This document shows positions 1 to 11,615 of a stretch of DNA of 64,000 nucleotides, one piece after another. Below the pieces are notes generated by a model that did not search any database, was not told where the DNA came from, and saw only the letters and a list, made by a program, of their open reading frames with translations. Positions within the stretch are counted from its first letter, which is position 1. Every line of letters starts with the position of its first letter. This DNA comes from TPA_inf: Saccharomyces (taxonomy: Eukaryota). The position numbers were made by a program, and so were the translations under genes. The stretch spans positions 768,001 through 832,000 of the forward strand of contig BK006941.2 of assembly GCA_000146045.2 (NCBI GenBank). Reading direction: 5' to 3'.

Positions 1-1
1 T

Positions 2-2299
2 TTATGGAACCCAGAAACTAACCATCTCTCTGAGAAATTTTTTAAAACCTGTTCTGAAAAATTAAGATTCCTGGTGGATTTTCAATTAAGAAGTTATTTG
101 AACCTTTCATTTGAAGAAAGATCAAAGATACGATTTGGTTCCCTCAAGCTCGGTAAAAGGGACAGAGACGCTATAATTTATCATAAAGTAACTCATTCGG
201 CGGAAAAAAAAGATACGCCGGGCCACCATCAACTCCTTGCATTATTACCCCAAGATTGTCCATTTATCTGCCCTCAAACTACATTAGCTGCATATTTGTA
301 TTTAAGGTTCTATGGTATACCATCTGTTTCGAAAGGGGATGGCTTTCCCAATTTGAACGCTGATGAAAATGGCTCACTTTTACAAGATATTCCCATACTA
401 AGAGGCAAATCACTGACAACTTATCCCAGAGAGGAAACATTTAGTAATTATTATACAACCGTGTTTAGGTATTGCCACTTACCTTATAAAAGAAGAGAAT
501 ATTTCAACAAATGTAACCTTGTTTACCCAACTTGGGATGAAGACACTTTTAGAACATTTTTCAATGAAGAAAACCATGGAAATTGGTTAGAACAACCTGA
601 GGCCTTTGCGTTCCCTGACAAAATACCGTTCGACTTCAAGAAAATCATGAACTTCAAATCGCCCTACACTTCGTATTCTACAAACGCTAAAAAGGACCCT
701 TTTCCGCCTCCAAAGGATTTATTAGTTCAAATATTTCCGGAGATTGATGAATATAAAAGACATGATTATGAAGGTTTGTCTCAGAATTCAAGGGATTTTC
801 TAGATTTAATGGAAGTTTTACGAGAAAGATTTTTGAGCAATCTACCATGGATTTACAAATTCTTTCCTAATCATGATATATTCCAGGACCCCATTTTTGG
901 AAATTCCGATTTTCAATCATACTTCAATGACAAAACTATACATTCAAAGGGTTCACCCATTTTATCATTCGATATACTACCAGGCTTTAATAAAATCTAT
1001 AAGAATAAGACAAATTTTTACTCACTCTTAATAGAAAGGCCTTCGCAGTTGACATTTGCTTCGAGTCATAATCCAGATACACACCCCACTCAAAAACAAG
1101 AATCTGAGGGGCCATTACAAATGAGTCAACTTGATACTACACAATTAAATGAATTATTGAAGCAACAGAGTTTCGAATATGTGCAGTTCCAAACACTTTC
1201 TAATTTCCAAATTTTATTATCGGTATTCAATAAAATTTTTGAGAAATTGGAGATGAAAAAATCTTCAAGAGGCTATATTTTACATCAGCTTAATTTATTC
1301 AAAATTACCTTGGATGAAAGAATTAAGAAATCTAAGATTGACGATGCCGATAAATTTATACGTGATAATCAGCCCATTAAAAAAGAAGAAAACATTGTGA
1401 ATGAAGATGGGCCTAACACATCAAGGCGGACAAAGAGGCCGAAGCAAATTAGATTACTCTCAATTGCGGATTCCTCCGACGAATCCTCCACGGAGGATTC
1501 AAATGTATTCAAAAAGGACGGTGAATCCATCGAAGATGGCGCATATGGAGAAAATGAAGATGAGAATGACTCTGAGATGCAAGAGCAGTTAAAATCTATG
1601 ATAAACGAACTTATAAACTCCAAAATAAGCACTTTTTTACGGGACCAAATGGATCAATTTGAATTGAAAATAAACGCTTTATTAGATAAAATTCTTGAAG
1701 AAAAAGTCACTCGTATTATCGAGCAAAAACTTGGTTCACACACGGGGAAGTTTTCAACGTTGAAGAGGCCACAACTATACATGACGGAAGAACACAATGT
1801 TGGATTTGATATGGAAGTTCCTAAAAAACTTAGGACCAGTGGTAAGTACGCAGAGACTGTGAAAGATAATGATGATCATCAAGCCATGTCAACTACTGCA
1901 TCGCCGTCTCCTGAGCAAGATCAAGAAGCAAAGAGCTATACTGACGAACAAGAATTTATGCTGGACAAATCCATAGACAGCATAGAGGGAATCATTCTTG
2001 AATGGTTCACCCCAAACGCTAAGTACGCCAACCAATGCGTGCATTCAATGAACAAATCAGGTAACAAGTCGTGGAGAGCTAATTGTGAAGCTTTATACAA
2101 GGAAAGAAAATCAATTGTTGAATTCTATATTTATTTGGTAAATCATGAGAGTCTCGACAGATACAAAGCAGTTGATATTTGCGAAAAATTACGAGATCAG
2201 AACGAAGGTTCATTTTCGCGCTTGGCAAAGTTCCTAAGGAAGTGGAGGCATGACCATCAAAATTCATTTGATGGTCTGTTAGTATATCTATCTAACTGA
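2..2299 (+). CDS. CBF2: Kinetochore CBF3 complex subunit, C-terminal about 766 codons. The frame is open from window position 2, so the 5' end lies outside the window. The track start at 74 is a GTG, not a real start.
   Basis: Frame 2 has no stop from nt 2 to 2299. Assignment rests on size and on synteny with VPS62, BTN2, SKN1 and THI4 downstream (YGR140W position). The protein sequence itself was not verified from memory. Confidence 0.5.
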
Positions 2300-2568
2300 G
2301 GGAGCTTCGAAGTTTAAACTGTTTCGTATAGGGATACCGACATGTATGTTTATAATATAATGATGTTTACTATGAGAAAAAGGCTGCCGGAATATCAACG
2401 GTTGCTGTGGTGAGAAAATCGGGTAACACCTATAGGGGTTCCATCACTTCAGATGCCTTGAACTTTGAAATCTATACGAATATAGGAAGACTGAGTTGGT
2501 AGACCTGGTAAGATAGAAGAGGAAGAAGGCTTCTTTATTACCGCAACTAAGAATAAACTTATAGCTTC

Positions 2569-3972
2569 ATGCGAATCTCAAAAAATAGTCATAAGCGGCA
2601 AAGAACGAGGCTATATTTCCTCGTTACATTTATTATTTATTCGATAATACCCTGCCGTGCGGTACTCGTGCCTTGGCTGGATGATGACCCATTTGAAGCA
2701 ACGCTTCTAGAAATGGGGGATGAACCATGGAGTAAGGACATCCTTTCAAGCACACCTCCGTTACATCCATCTGAAGTTACCGAGGATAACAAAAGCTTAA
2801 AACAAAGGGGCAATGTACCGCAATATGTCATCGATAATAGCCCTCTGCTCCATTTATATAGTGAAGAAAAGTACTGGCCAGCTGATGTTAAGGATTTTGT
2901 AAAAAGATTCCAGTTGAGAGACCACAGTGGGGAGAAAATTATCAATGAACACCTTCGTGACTTAAGTGACTTACAAGAGTATTATTCGGTAGAGTTAGAG
3001 AACGGAACGTGGGGCCGAGTATCCAGTGAAGGTACATATATGACAAGTTTAGATGATTTTGATAAGGGCCCTGACTGGTTGTTGGGTGAACAACCAGAAT
3101 ATGGTACAGGTCACATAAAGAAAGCACCAGCAGTTCTTTTTGTCGTTGACAAAGGAAATGGTTGGGTAGACGCGTTCTGGTTTTATTTCTACCCCTTCAA
3201 TTGGGGTCCTTATATTATGGGCTCCGGACCATGGGGAAATCATGTAGGGGACTGGGAACATTCTTTAGTACGATTCTATAAAGGAGAACCACAATATCTA
3301 TGGATGAGTGCGCATGGGGGTGGTAGTGCCTATAAGTTCGAAGCCATTGAGAAAATCAAAAGATTGCGTCGTGTTGACGGTAAATTGACAAACGAGGTTA
3401 TTAAGAAGCCTTTAATATTTAGTGCAAGAGGCACACATGCACATTATGCATCAGTCGGTCAACATGCGCACGATGTTCCGTTTTTCTTTATGCCATTGAG
3501 TGACTTTACTGATAGAGGGCCATTATGGGATCCTTCTTTAAACTATTATGCCTATACAGTGACTGTGGGGGAAAAAATGACACCATGCGGCGCTGAAGAA
3601 ACTAAAATGGGACTAGAATGGCTATCGTTCAAAGGCGCTTGGGGCGATAAACAATTAAGACCTAGGGATCCCAGACAAAAATGGTGCCCATTTCAATGGA
3701 AATATATTGACGGACCAAAAGGTCCACTATTCAAAAATATGGAAAGGGTTTCTTTATGCCAAAGATTTAAATGGTGGAATTTTTGGAAGGGCTGCCCGGC
3801 AAGAAGATATATAAAAAGAGGGGAAGGTTTGGATGCAGAAAAGAATGATCTTGTGGGTGACAATTGTGGTATCTTGCTGTACAACATAAGGCCAAAGTGG
3901 CTGCGTAGCATACTCCGTTTTTTGACGTGGAGGGGAAGCGTATGTTTCATTATGGACTACTTTACAGGGTAA
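2569..3972 (+). CDS. VPS62: Vacuolar protein sorting protein Vps62 family, 467 aa, with an N-terminal hydrophobic segment.
   Basis: Real ATG at 2569. Length 467 aa matches YGR141W and the position between CBF2 and BTN2 fits. N-terminal TM-like segment 'LYFLVTFIIYSIIPC'. Confidence 0.55.
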   Translation: MRISKNSHKRQRTRLYFLVTFIIYSIIPCRAVLVPWLDDDPFEATLLEMGDEPWSKDILSSTPPLHPSEVTEDNKSLKQRGNVPQYVIDNSPLLHLYSEEKYWPADVKDFVKRFQLRDHSGEKIINEHLRDLSDLQEYYSVELENGTWGRVSSEGTYMTSLDDFDKGPDWLLGEQPEYGTGHIKKAPAVLFVVDKGNGWVDAFWFYFYPFNWGPYIMGSGPWGNHVGDWEHSLVRFYKGEPQYLWMSAHGGGSAYKFEAIEKIKRLRRVDGKLTNEVIKKPLIFSARGTHAHYASVGQHAHDVPFFFMPLSDFTDRGPLWDPSLNYYAYTVTVGEKMTPCGAEETKMGLEWLSFKGAWGDKQLRPRDPRQKWCPFQWKYIDGPKGPLFKNMERVSLCQRFKWWNFWKGCPARRYIKRGEGLDAEKNDLVGDNCGILLYNIRPKWLRSILRFLTWRGSVCFIMDYFTG

Positions 3973-4223
3973 TGAATATTTGGGCGTTTTTCGCTATTTT
4001 AGCATGCTGTAGTGTATGTACTGTGCATCGTCATGTAGCACTATTTCAGCCGTATTTTTCTTTTTTTCTTTCGCACCGTCTGTGGTTGTAAAGTTACTGA
4101 CACTTTTTTTTCTAGAAAGTTCCGGAAAATTGCGACACTCGGTGGAGCTCGAGAGTTGTATCCAGTTTTCTTGTTCGGCGATATTCCGAACCAGGTCGGG
4201 TTGGGCTAACAGCCGCCCAGGAT

Positions 4224-4260
4224 GGAAGAATTAAGAATTTCATAGAAGCCTTCAGTTCTT
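4224..4260 (+). promoter_or_regulatory. Heat-shock-element-like array of alternating GAA/TTC units about 200 bp upstream of BTN2.
   Basis: Sequence GGAAGAATTAAGAATTTCATAGAAGCCTTCAGTTCTT contains GAAnnTTC, TTCnnTTC and GAAnnnTTC combinations. BTN2 is a known Hsf1 target. The spacing is imperfect. Confidence 0.35.
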
Positions 4261-4453
4261 GGCGAAGTAAAGTGGCAAAACAAATGGAAGATCTATTGCA
4301 TTACATATATAAAAGCATTAGAACAATCTTTTCTCATTGACAGGTATTCTCATTGCTCTATATATATTTTCTTCTTCTTGAAAGAAATATCAGTATTACA
4401 ATCATAACAACAACCAAAAGAAAATAACTAATAGACCCCATTACAATATAGAA

Positions 4454-5686
4454 ATGTTTTCCATATTCAATTCACCATGTGTTTTTGAACAGCTGCCATC
4501 TTTTAGTCAGCCCCTACATTCGCGTTATTTTGATTGCAGTTCTCCAGTGAGCTATTATCCAGAATGTAAAAGGAGGAAAGCAATAAAAGCTAACCTAAGA
4601 GCTCCAAAAAAAAGCGATGCAAATTGTTCAGAACCTTTGAGGTATGCACTTGCTGAAACACCAAATGGTTATACATTAAGCTTGTCTAAGCGGATTCCAT
4701 ATGAACTTTTTTCAAAGTACGTTAATGAGAAATTAGGTGAGCTAAAGGAGAACCATTACAGACCAACTTACCATGTTGTCCAAGATTTTTTTGGAAACCA
4801 GTATTATGTTGAAGATGAAGCGGATGAAGATGCTCTATTGAGATCTGCATTGAAAGATCTGGATTTTAGAGCCATAGGAAAGAAAATTGCTAAGGATCTT
4901 TTCCAAGACTACGAAATAGAATTGAATCATAGAGGTGATGAATTGAGCATATTGAGTAAGAAGGATAAAATCTTTAAGGAATTCTCTCTAGACCAAGTGT
5001 TTGAAGATGTTTTTGTTATTGGCTGTGGAGTTGAAAACATAGATGATGGCTCGAGAGAAAAATATGCACTTTTAAAGATTGGTTTAGTTAAGCATGAGGA
5101 AGAAATTTCCGAAGGTGGCATCAACGAACCAAAGATGCCAATAATTGAATCCAAAATAGACGAGTCTCACGATGATGTTAACATGTCTGAATCTTTGAAG
5201 GAGGAAGAAGCGGAGAAAGCGAAAGAACCACTAACCAAAGAAGACCAAATAAAAAAATGGATAGAGGAAGAAAGATTGATGCAGGAGGAAAGCAGAAAAT
5301 CAGAACAGGAAAAAGCTGCCAAGGAAGATGAAGAAAGGCAAAAGAAAGAGAAGGAAGCCAGATTGAAGGCAAGGAAAGAATCTTTGATAAATAAGCAAAA
5401 AACCAAGAGGTCCCAGCAAAAAAAATTGCAAAATTCCAAATCATTGCCTATCTCTGAGATTGAGGCCAGCAATAAAAATAATAATAGCAATTCTGGTTCA
5501 GCAGAAAGTGATAATGAAAGTATAAACAGTGATTCTGATACGACTTTGGATTTCTCTGTGTCTGGTAATACACTAAAAAAACACGCTTCACCCCTATTAG
5601 AAGACGTTGAGGATGAGGAAGTTGACAGATACAACGAGTCCCTAAGCAGATCTCCCAAGGGAAACTCTATTATTGAGGAGATATAA
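4454..5686 (+). CDS. BTN2: v-SNARE-binding / protein-sorting chaperone-like protein, 410 aa, with a Glu/Lys-rich coiled-coil C-terminus.
   Basis: Real ATG at 4454. Length 410 aa matches YGR142W. E/K-rich segment 'EEEAEKAKEPLTKEDQIKKWIEEERLMQEESRKSEQEKAAKEDEERQKKEKEARLKARKE'. Confidence 0.6.
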   Translation: MFSIFNSPCVFEQLPSFSQPLHSRYFDCSSPVSYYPECKRRKAIKANLRAPKKSDANCSEPLRYALAETPNGYTLSLSKRIPYELFSKYVNEKLGELKENHYRPTYHVVQDFFGNQYYVEDEADEDALLRSALKDLDFRAIGKKIAKDLFQDYEIELNHRGDELSILSKKDKIFKEFSLDQVFEDVFVIGCGVENIDDGSREKYALLKIGLVKHEEEISEGGINEPKMPIIESKIDESHDDVNMSESLKEEEAEKAKEPLTKEDQIKKWIEEERLMQEESRKSEQEKAAKEDEERQKKEKEARLKARKESLINKQKTKRSQQKKLQNSKSLPISEIEASNKNNNSNSGSAESDNESINSDSDTTLDFSVSGNTLKKHASPLLEDVEDEEVDRYNESLSRSPKGNSIIEEI

Positions 5687-6011
5687 TGGGTGATAATACA
5701 TACTCCCCATCTTTCATTTTTACGGCATTAAATAACTAATTATATGCATCTTATATACTACTATAATTCACTGACTTTATGAAAGGAATATAAATCGGCA
5801 CGGCAGAAGGCGGATTTATTTTGTTACAATATAACAAAATAAAAGGGCAACAGTAAAGTAGAAATTATTAGTATCCGTGATTTTAGTACAATTATTTGCT
5901 TCCTAGAAATCCGGTTTTCCATGTTAACATTTATGCTAGTATTTTATGGTGGAATGGCAAGTGATTCACAAAATACAAGCTACTTTATCGAATGATTGAA
6001 ATTCATTTCTG

Positions 6012-6163
6012 CTTGAATAGAATTCAACTATCGTTTATCGATTCTATTTTGAGGATTCCTATACCCTCGAGGAGAACTTCTAGTATATTCTATATACCTA
6101 ATATTACTACTGTTATTAACAATGGAATCCCAACAATTATCTCAAAATTCACCAATATCTCAA
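6012..6163 (+). repeat. Solo Ty1/Ty2 delta LTR remnant with an internal deletion: the first ~25 bp of the LTR fused to its 3' third.
   Basis: 'GAATAGAATTCAACTATCGTTTATCG' resembles the delta start 'GGAATAAAAATCCACTATCGTCTATC'. It is followed by 'GATTCTATTTTGAGGATTCCTATACCCTCGAGGAGAACTTCTAGTATA...AATGGAATCCCAACAATTATCTCAAAATTCACCAATATCTCA', matching the 3' part of delta. It lies 186 bp upstream of the tRNA. Confidence 0.7.
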
Positions 6164-6348
6164 TTCCATCTTTAGAAAAATTAAGTTCAAATTAACGGAA
6201 ACAGTAATCAAGTAAAAGAGCTTTTTTTTTCTTCTCCCCTTCCTGCCCTGAAGATAATTGAGTAAATGTTACGTTGAGAATGGCTTTTTGATATTTCATT
6301 AGATTTACTTCATTATTCTTCTCTATTCTCCCCTTTCATCAATTAATT

Positions 6349-6421
6349 GGGCGTGTGGCGTAGTCGGTAGCGCGCTCCCTTAGCATGGGAGAGGTCTCCG
6401 GTTCGATTCCGGACTCGTCCA
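6349..6421 (+). tRNA. tRNA-Ala (anticodon AGC), followed by a T7 Pol III terminator.
   Basis: GGGCGTGTGGCGTAGTCGGTAGCGCGCTCCCTTAGCATGGGAGAGGTCTCCGGTTCGATTCCGGACTCGTCCA. A box TGGCGTAGTCGG, B box GGTTCGATTCC, anticodon loop CTTAGCA. T-run at 6423..6429. Confidence 0.9.
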
Positions 6422-7192
6422 AATTTTTTTACTTTTAATGAGGTATACTGGAATATTACGGCTCTTTTTTTTTAGAAACATATTCCTCAAATGGGTAAAC
6501 GGACCCTGGTGCAAGGTGTGGGTGCTGAGACAAATACGATCTGAGTTGTTTTAAAAAGGAAAACAAATGAATGCGTGCCCAAAGCGGAAAATTGGTCAAC
6601 ATCGATGCGTAATTAGTAGGCCCAGGTGAGCCTGTGCCGAACATGTATCTCTGCGCAGATTACTATATATTCCCGAGCATAACAGCATATAGTTTTCTTT
6701 CACATAGGCCTTCCTCCAACTGCCATCACTGTACATAGACGTTTCGGCACTGTATATTCTTGTCCCTTTTTTTTTGCCTACTACATTGCTGCATTCAAAC
6801 GATATCGCTCTGCGAACCGTTTAAAACTGACCAAAATAGGGAGACCTACCTTCTAAGGAGAAAAAATTCGCATTGCTAAAAAAAAGCTAAAAGAGAAAGA
6901 GAAGAAGAATATTAAACCAGTATATTCTACTACAACTATCGATTTACTCCGACTACAAAGTGCCTCTTCGTATTTTCAGTCGCTCGAAAAAACAACCCAT
7001 ATTCCATTTGATTCTACGCAGCTGGTAGAAACTTTTACAGGTTTGATAAAATTATTACAATCGTTAGCGGTTACGCAAGGAATAGGAAATAAAGAAACGG
7101 TAAATAATAAGAAAAACACAGCAGATCTAAGCCTATTGCACACAGTATATTATAACCATTACTAGCTAGTGTTACATAAACAATAGCAGAAT

Positions 7193-9508
7193 ATGTCTGT
7201 GCGAAACCTCACCAATAATCGTCATTCCAACAGCGAAAATAGTGTTTCCGGAAGCGAAAACTCCTTTTATTCCTCGAATGAGCAATCAAGACAAAGCTCA
7301 TCATTAGAACCTGCAGATGGTCAGAACGTTAGGGTGAGCGGTAATCCTTTCCTTGGAAGTGAAGAATTTGACGAAGATTATAATTCACCCAGTGGAGACG
7401 ATGAGCGGCGTGGGGCAAATGAATATTCCAGTTCTTCATCCATAAATTATAATAACGATCCTAACAGCGATACTTCTCTTCTGGCTAATGAAAAGAACTC
7501 ACCCGAGAGAAATGGTCAAAGAATGTCAGACTATAAGGGCTATTATGCTAAGACTAACCTAACTTCTGCTAATAACTTAAACAATCATAATAACAATAAT
7601 TATAAGAACATTATAAGCAGTAGTAACGATAATAGTTTTGCATCACATTTACAGCCGCCGGACAGAAACTTACCGTCTCATCCTTCTTCAAATAATATGA
7701 GTAGCTTTTCTAACAACAGCTTAATTAAGTCTCCACCACCTTTTGACAGATATCCGCTAGTAGGAACGAGGCATATTTCAGCGGCTCAATCTCAGTCGCA
7801 GAACCTTATAAATGAAAAGAAAAGAGCGAATATGACTGGCTCATCTTCTTCTGCTCACGACTCTTCATTATCATCCACCAACTTATACATGGGCGAACAG
7901 GATTTTTCGCCCTTTGGCGGTTATCCAGCTTCCTTCTTTCCGTTAACGTTGGACGAAAAGGAAGACGATGACTACATTCATAATCCAAATGTCGAGGAAG
8001 AAGCAAAGTTAGATAGAAGGAGGTTCGTTGACGACTTCAAACACATGGATAGAAGATCTTTCTTGGGGCTTCTGGGTATTCTATTTTTATTTATGGCTGG
8101 TATATTTATTTTCATTGTATTACCTGCAATTACATTTTCCGGGGTAGTTTATCATCATGAACATGTTCATGCGGCAAATTCAGCAGGATCGTCGTCTTCT
8201 AATACTACATCCAAGTCATTGACTGAATATCAATATCCTCAACTTGCGGCTATAAGGACAACTTTAGTTGATCCAGACACACCTGACAGTGCGAAGACAA
8301 GAGTAGCGAAAGATGGATCTAAATGGCAGCTGGTGTTTTCCGATGAATTTAATGCTGAAGGTAGGACCTTTTACGATGGCGATGACCAGTTTTGGACAGC
8401 TCCTGACATCCACTACGACGCTACGAAAGATCTTGAATGGTACTCACCAGATGCCGTTACAACTACAAATGGTACCTTGACGTTGAGAATGGATGCATTC
8501 AGAAACCATGACCTTTATTACAGATCTGGTATGGTACAGAGCTGGAACAAACTCTGCTTTACAGAAGGTGCGTTAGAAGTTTCCGCGAACCTCCCTAATT
8601 ATGGTCGAGTTACAGGATTATGGCCTGGTATGTGGACCATGGGGAACTTGGGCAGACCAGGTTATTTGGCGAGTACTCAAGGTGTTTGGCCTTATTCATA
8701 TGAAGCATGTGACGCTGGTATAACACCAAACCAAAGTTCCCCAGATGGTATTTCTTACTTGCCGGGACAAAAGTTGAGTGTTTGTACTTGTGATAATGAG
8801 GATCATCCAAATCAGGGAGTTGGAAGAGGCGCACCGGAAATAGATATTTTAGAAGGTGAAGCTGATACAATTTTGGGTGTTGGTGTTGCGTCACAATCTC
8901 TACAAATTGCTCCATTTGATATATGGTACATGCCCGATTATGACTTCATCGAAGTTTATAATTTCACCACAACAACTATGAATACTTACGCTGGTGGGCC
9001 TTTTCAACAAGCTGTCTCAGCAATATCCACTTTAAATGTAACATGGTATGAATTTGGGGAGGAAGCAGGTTATTTTCAAAAGTATGCCATTGAATATCTC
9101 AATGATGACGACAACGGATATATTCGTTGGTTTGTGGGAGAGAACCCTACTTTCACACTATATGCTACTTCTTTACATCCTAGTGGTAATATTGACTGGA
9201 GGAGAATAAGTAAGGAGCCAATGTCAGCGATTTTAAACTTAGGTATTTCCAACAACTGGGCCTATATCGACTGGCAATATATATTTTTCCCGGTGACAAT
9301 GTCAATAGATTACGTCCGATTATACCAGCCGAAGGGTTCTACGTCCATTACTTGTGATCCTGAGGACTACCCGACATATGATTATATCCAAAGCCATCTA
9401 AATGCATATTATAACGCCAATTTAACTGATTGGGAACAGGCTGGATATACTTTCCCAAAAAATATTCTAACAGGAGGTTGTAGTAGTTCAAAATTCTCAT
9501 TATCCTGA
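7193..9508 (+). CDS. SKN1: Type II membrane glucan-synthesis protein of the KRE6/SKN1 family with a GH16 domain, 771 aa.
   Basis: Real ATG at 7193. Length 771 aa. Single TM 'LGLLGILFLFMAGIFIFIVLPAI'. GH16 catalytic motif ExDxxE visible as 'APEIDILEGE'. The neighbourhood matches YGR143W. Confidence 0.7.
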   Translation: MSVRNLTNNRHSNSENSVSGSENSFYSSNEQSRQSSSLEPADGQNVRVSGNPFLGSEEFDEDYNSPSGDDERRGANEYSSSSSINYNNDPNSDTSLLANEKNSPERNGQRMSDYKGYYAKTNLTSANNLNNHNNNNYKNIISSSNDNSFASHLQPPDRNLPSHPSSNNMSSFSNNSLIKSPPPFDRYPLVGTRHISAAQSQSQNLINEKKRANMTGSSSSAHDSSLSSTNLYMGEQDFSPFGGYPASFFPLTLDEKEDDDYIHNPNVEEEAKLDRRRFVDDFKHMDRRSFLGLLGILFLFMAGIFIFIVLPAITFSGVVYHHEHVHAANSAGSSSSNTTSKSLTEYQYPQLAAIRTTLVDPDTPDSAKTRVAKDGSKWQLVFSDEFNAEGRTFYDGDDQFWTAPDIHYDATKDLEWYSPDAVTTTNGTLTLRMDAFRNHDLYYRSGMVQSWNKLCFTEGALEVSANLPNYGRVTGLWPGMWTMGNLGRPGYLASTQGVWPYSYEACDAGITPNQSSPDGISYLPGQKLSVCTCDNEDHPNQGVGRGAPEIDILEGEADTILGVGVASQSLQIAPFDIWYMPDYDFIEVYNFTTTTMNTYAGGPFQQAVSAISTLNVTWYEFGEEAGYFQKYAIEYLNDDDNGYIRWFVGENPTFTLYATSLHPSGNIDWRRISKEPMSAILNLGISNNWAYIDWQYIFFPVTMSIDYVRLYQPKGSTSITCDPEDYPTYDYIQSHLNAYYNANLTDWEQAGYTFPKNILTGGCSSSKFSLS

Positions 9509-10599
9509 GGTTGATTTTTTTTTTTCAACTGGTTAAAACCTACTATCTAAGTGCGCTTTAATTCTAAGGAGGCAAAATAGTCTGCGGTCACAGTCGTTGA
9601 AAGTTCTAGATTTGGGTACGGAAGCAGCCATGTAAATGGTCTTCCTTTGTAATAATATCATCACTGGAGTTTTTAAATTAGAGTACGGATTCAAGTTAGC
9701 GAAAAATTTCTGTTGGTATCTGATAGCAATTTGTCGACAAGGTGGAGAGTTTTTGAAGTTTTTTTTTGTAACAGTTATGTTACACTATTTACCAGAGAAA
9801 CACCAAGACAGGAGCCCTCAGAAGCTTTCGTGTTGTCAGAACATAAATATCTTCTATATGTTTTAATCTTTTATATTAATCAATATTTTATGTTAAATCA
9901 TATTATTATTCGTTAATGGTTAACTTGCGCTATTTCAAAATTGGAAGGATAGTGTGGTTACAAGCGGTGTTTTTGATGTATGTTTACTGCTAAGAGTATA
10001 CCGTCCTGTTTACTTTTTTACCTTTTGTTCCGTTATTGATTTTTCGCAGCAAGGTTGAAGCTTCAAATTTGAAAATGAAATTAAGACGTAGAGATGAAAA
10101 ACAGCGATGAAATTACTTTTTATAGCTTCTTTCCCATCTGACTCCGTTTTATAAACAGGGGTTCTTTAAGGGCTTACAAATAAATATAAACACTAACACA
10201 TATATATTATTCGACCTACAGTTTTTGCGACCAATGAAGTTTACCTATTTTGAGTTAGTGCTTACGTAGTTTGCTTAAGGTCAAGGTGGTATTAAGCTTG
10301 CGCTTTCTCTAAATAATATCATATGGTACAGACAGGGATAAGTACTTCATAATAAACCAATTGCTAGTCCAGTATTTTTGGTACCCTCTTACTGCCGCGA
10401 AATTCAACAACTTTTTAACTCGTGAAAGAGGTTAATATTATTATTCATTTTGCTAGAAATACTACTAAACACCCCATTAGGAAGCTGGTAAATTATGAAA
10501 TCAGCAAAATAAGATCCAACCGGAACGAATTTATTAGAAGCTCAAACACAAGGGTTGATAGTGTGATAAAGGAAAGGGGTGACAACGTGTAGAGGGTAA

Positions 10600-11470
10600 A
10601 ACTTATTGATTCCTTTTTGTGGATTCCTATACCCTACAAGAACACTGTTGGATATAGACATTATATGCAATATTAATTATGCGACTGATAGGCTTCGTAA
10701 TTCCTGCTTGAGTAAAGACAAGAATTTTCATTTCTCATTAACTGTTTTTATTTATAACCTAGGAAAAAAAGGAGCTGAAAATTTGTTGGAATAAAAATCC
10801 ACTATCTTATATCAACTAGTATTCCTAATGTCAGTATATTGTCATATAAGGCGTTAGATGGTGACATAAGGTATGAAAAGTTGCCATCGAAGTTAGAGGA
10901 AGCTGAAATGCAAGCATTGATGTAATAGGATCAATGAATATTAACATATAAAACGATGATAATAATATTTATAGAATTGTGTAGAATTACAGATTCCCTT
11001 TTATGGATTCCTAAATCCTTGAGGAGAACTTCTAGTATATCTACATACCTAATATTATAGCCTTAATCACAATGGAATCCCAACAATTACATCAGAACCC
11101 ACACTCTCTTCAATTATTATGTAGAAATTTCGATTCTATTTTGAGGATTCCTATACCCTCGAGTAGAAATTCTAGTATATCCTACATACCTAACATTATT
11201 GCTTTATCAATAATGGAATCCCAACAATTATTGTTACAGGCTACGATATTGCGTATAGAAAAAATGTTGAAAGTTCTTCTGCAAGATACAGGAATCCAAA
11301 GGGAATCAATATATCTACCTAATAGTATTATTATTTCTTTTCCATTTTATATGTTTCACTATCCTACTATTTCATCGATCCTCTTATTTAAGCTTTTATT
11401 AAACCTAATGACTGTTCTATAACTTTTATGTCCTCTTTTTACATCATAAATGATAATTAATATACTAGTG
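10600..11470. repeat. Cluster of at least four Ty1/Ty2 delta LTR fragments in mixed orientation: a near-complete delta at 10778..11112 plus internally deleted and inverted fragments.
   Basis: 10778 'TGTTGGAATAAAAATCCACTATC...AATGGAATCCCAACAATTACATCAGAACCCACACTCTCTTCA' ends at 11112. A second partial delta follows at 11113..11225 ('GATTCTATTTTGAGGATTCCTATACCCTCGAGTAGAAATTCTAGTATATCC...AATGGAATCCCAACAATTA'). A reverse-orientation fragment lies at about 11290..11440 ('GGAATCCAAAGGGAATC...TTTTATATGTTTCACTATCCTACTATTTCATCG'). A further fragment lies at about 10600..10700. Confidence 0.8.
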
Positions 11471-11615
11471 ACATGAATACTAATCGATGGATGGTAGTTT
11501 GTTCTTATTCTATCAGGGAAATGCATCAGATAATGGATAAAATGGAAAGAATGGAAAGGAATTGTAACATGCCTATATATGGAAAACGAGCTTTTAGAGC
11601 TTTCAAGTTAACCCC

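Noticed and set aside
4016-4234. 72-aa ORF upstream of BTN2 and other 60-100-aa track ORFs in intergenic regions (9636..9866, 17500..17724, 19846..20076, 25000..25287).
   Set aside because: Short, alt-start or low-complexity, located in promoters or UTRs. There is no evidence beyond being open.
9850-9900. Candidate ARS consensus matches (e.g. TTTTATGTTAA near 9870, TTTTATGTTCT near 12330).
   Set aside because: Only 10/11 matches to WTTTAYRTTTW in AT-rich DNA, where such matches occur by chance. No B-element support could be assessed.
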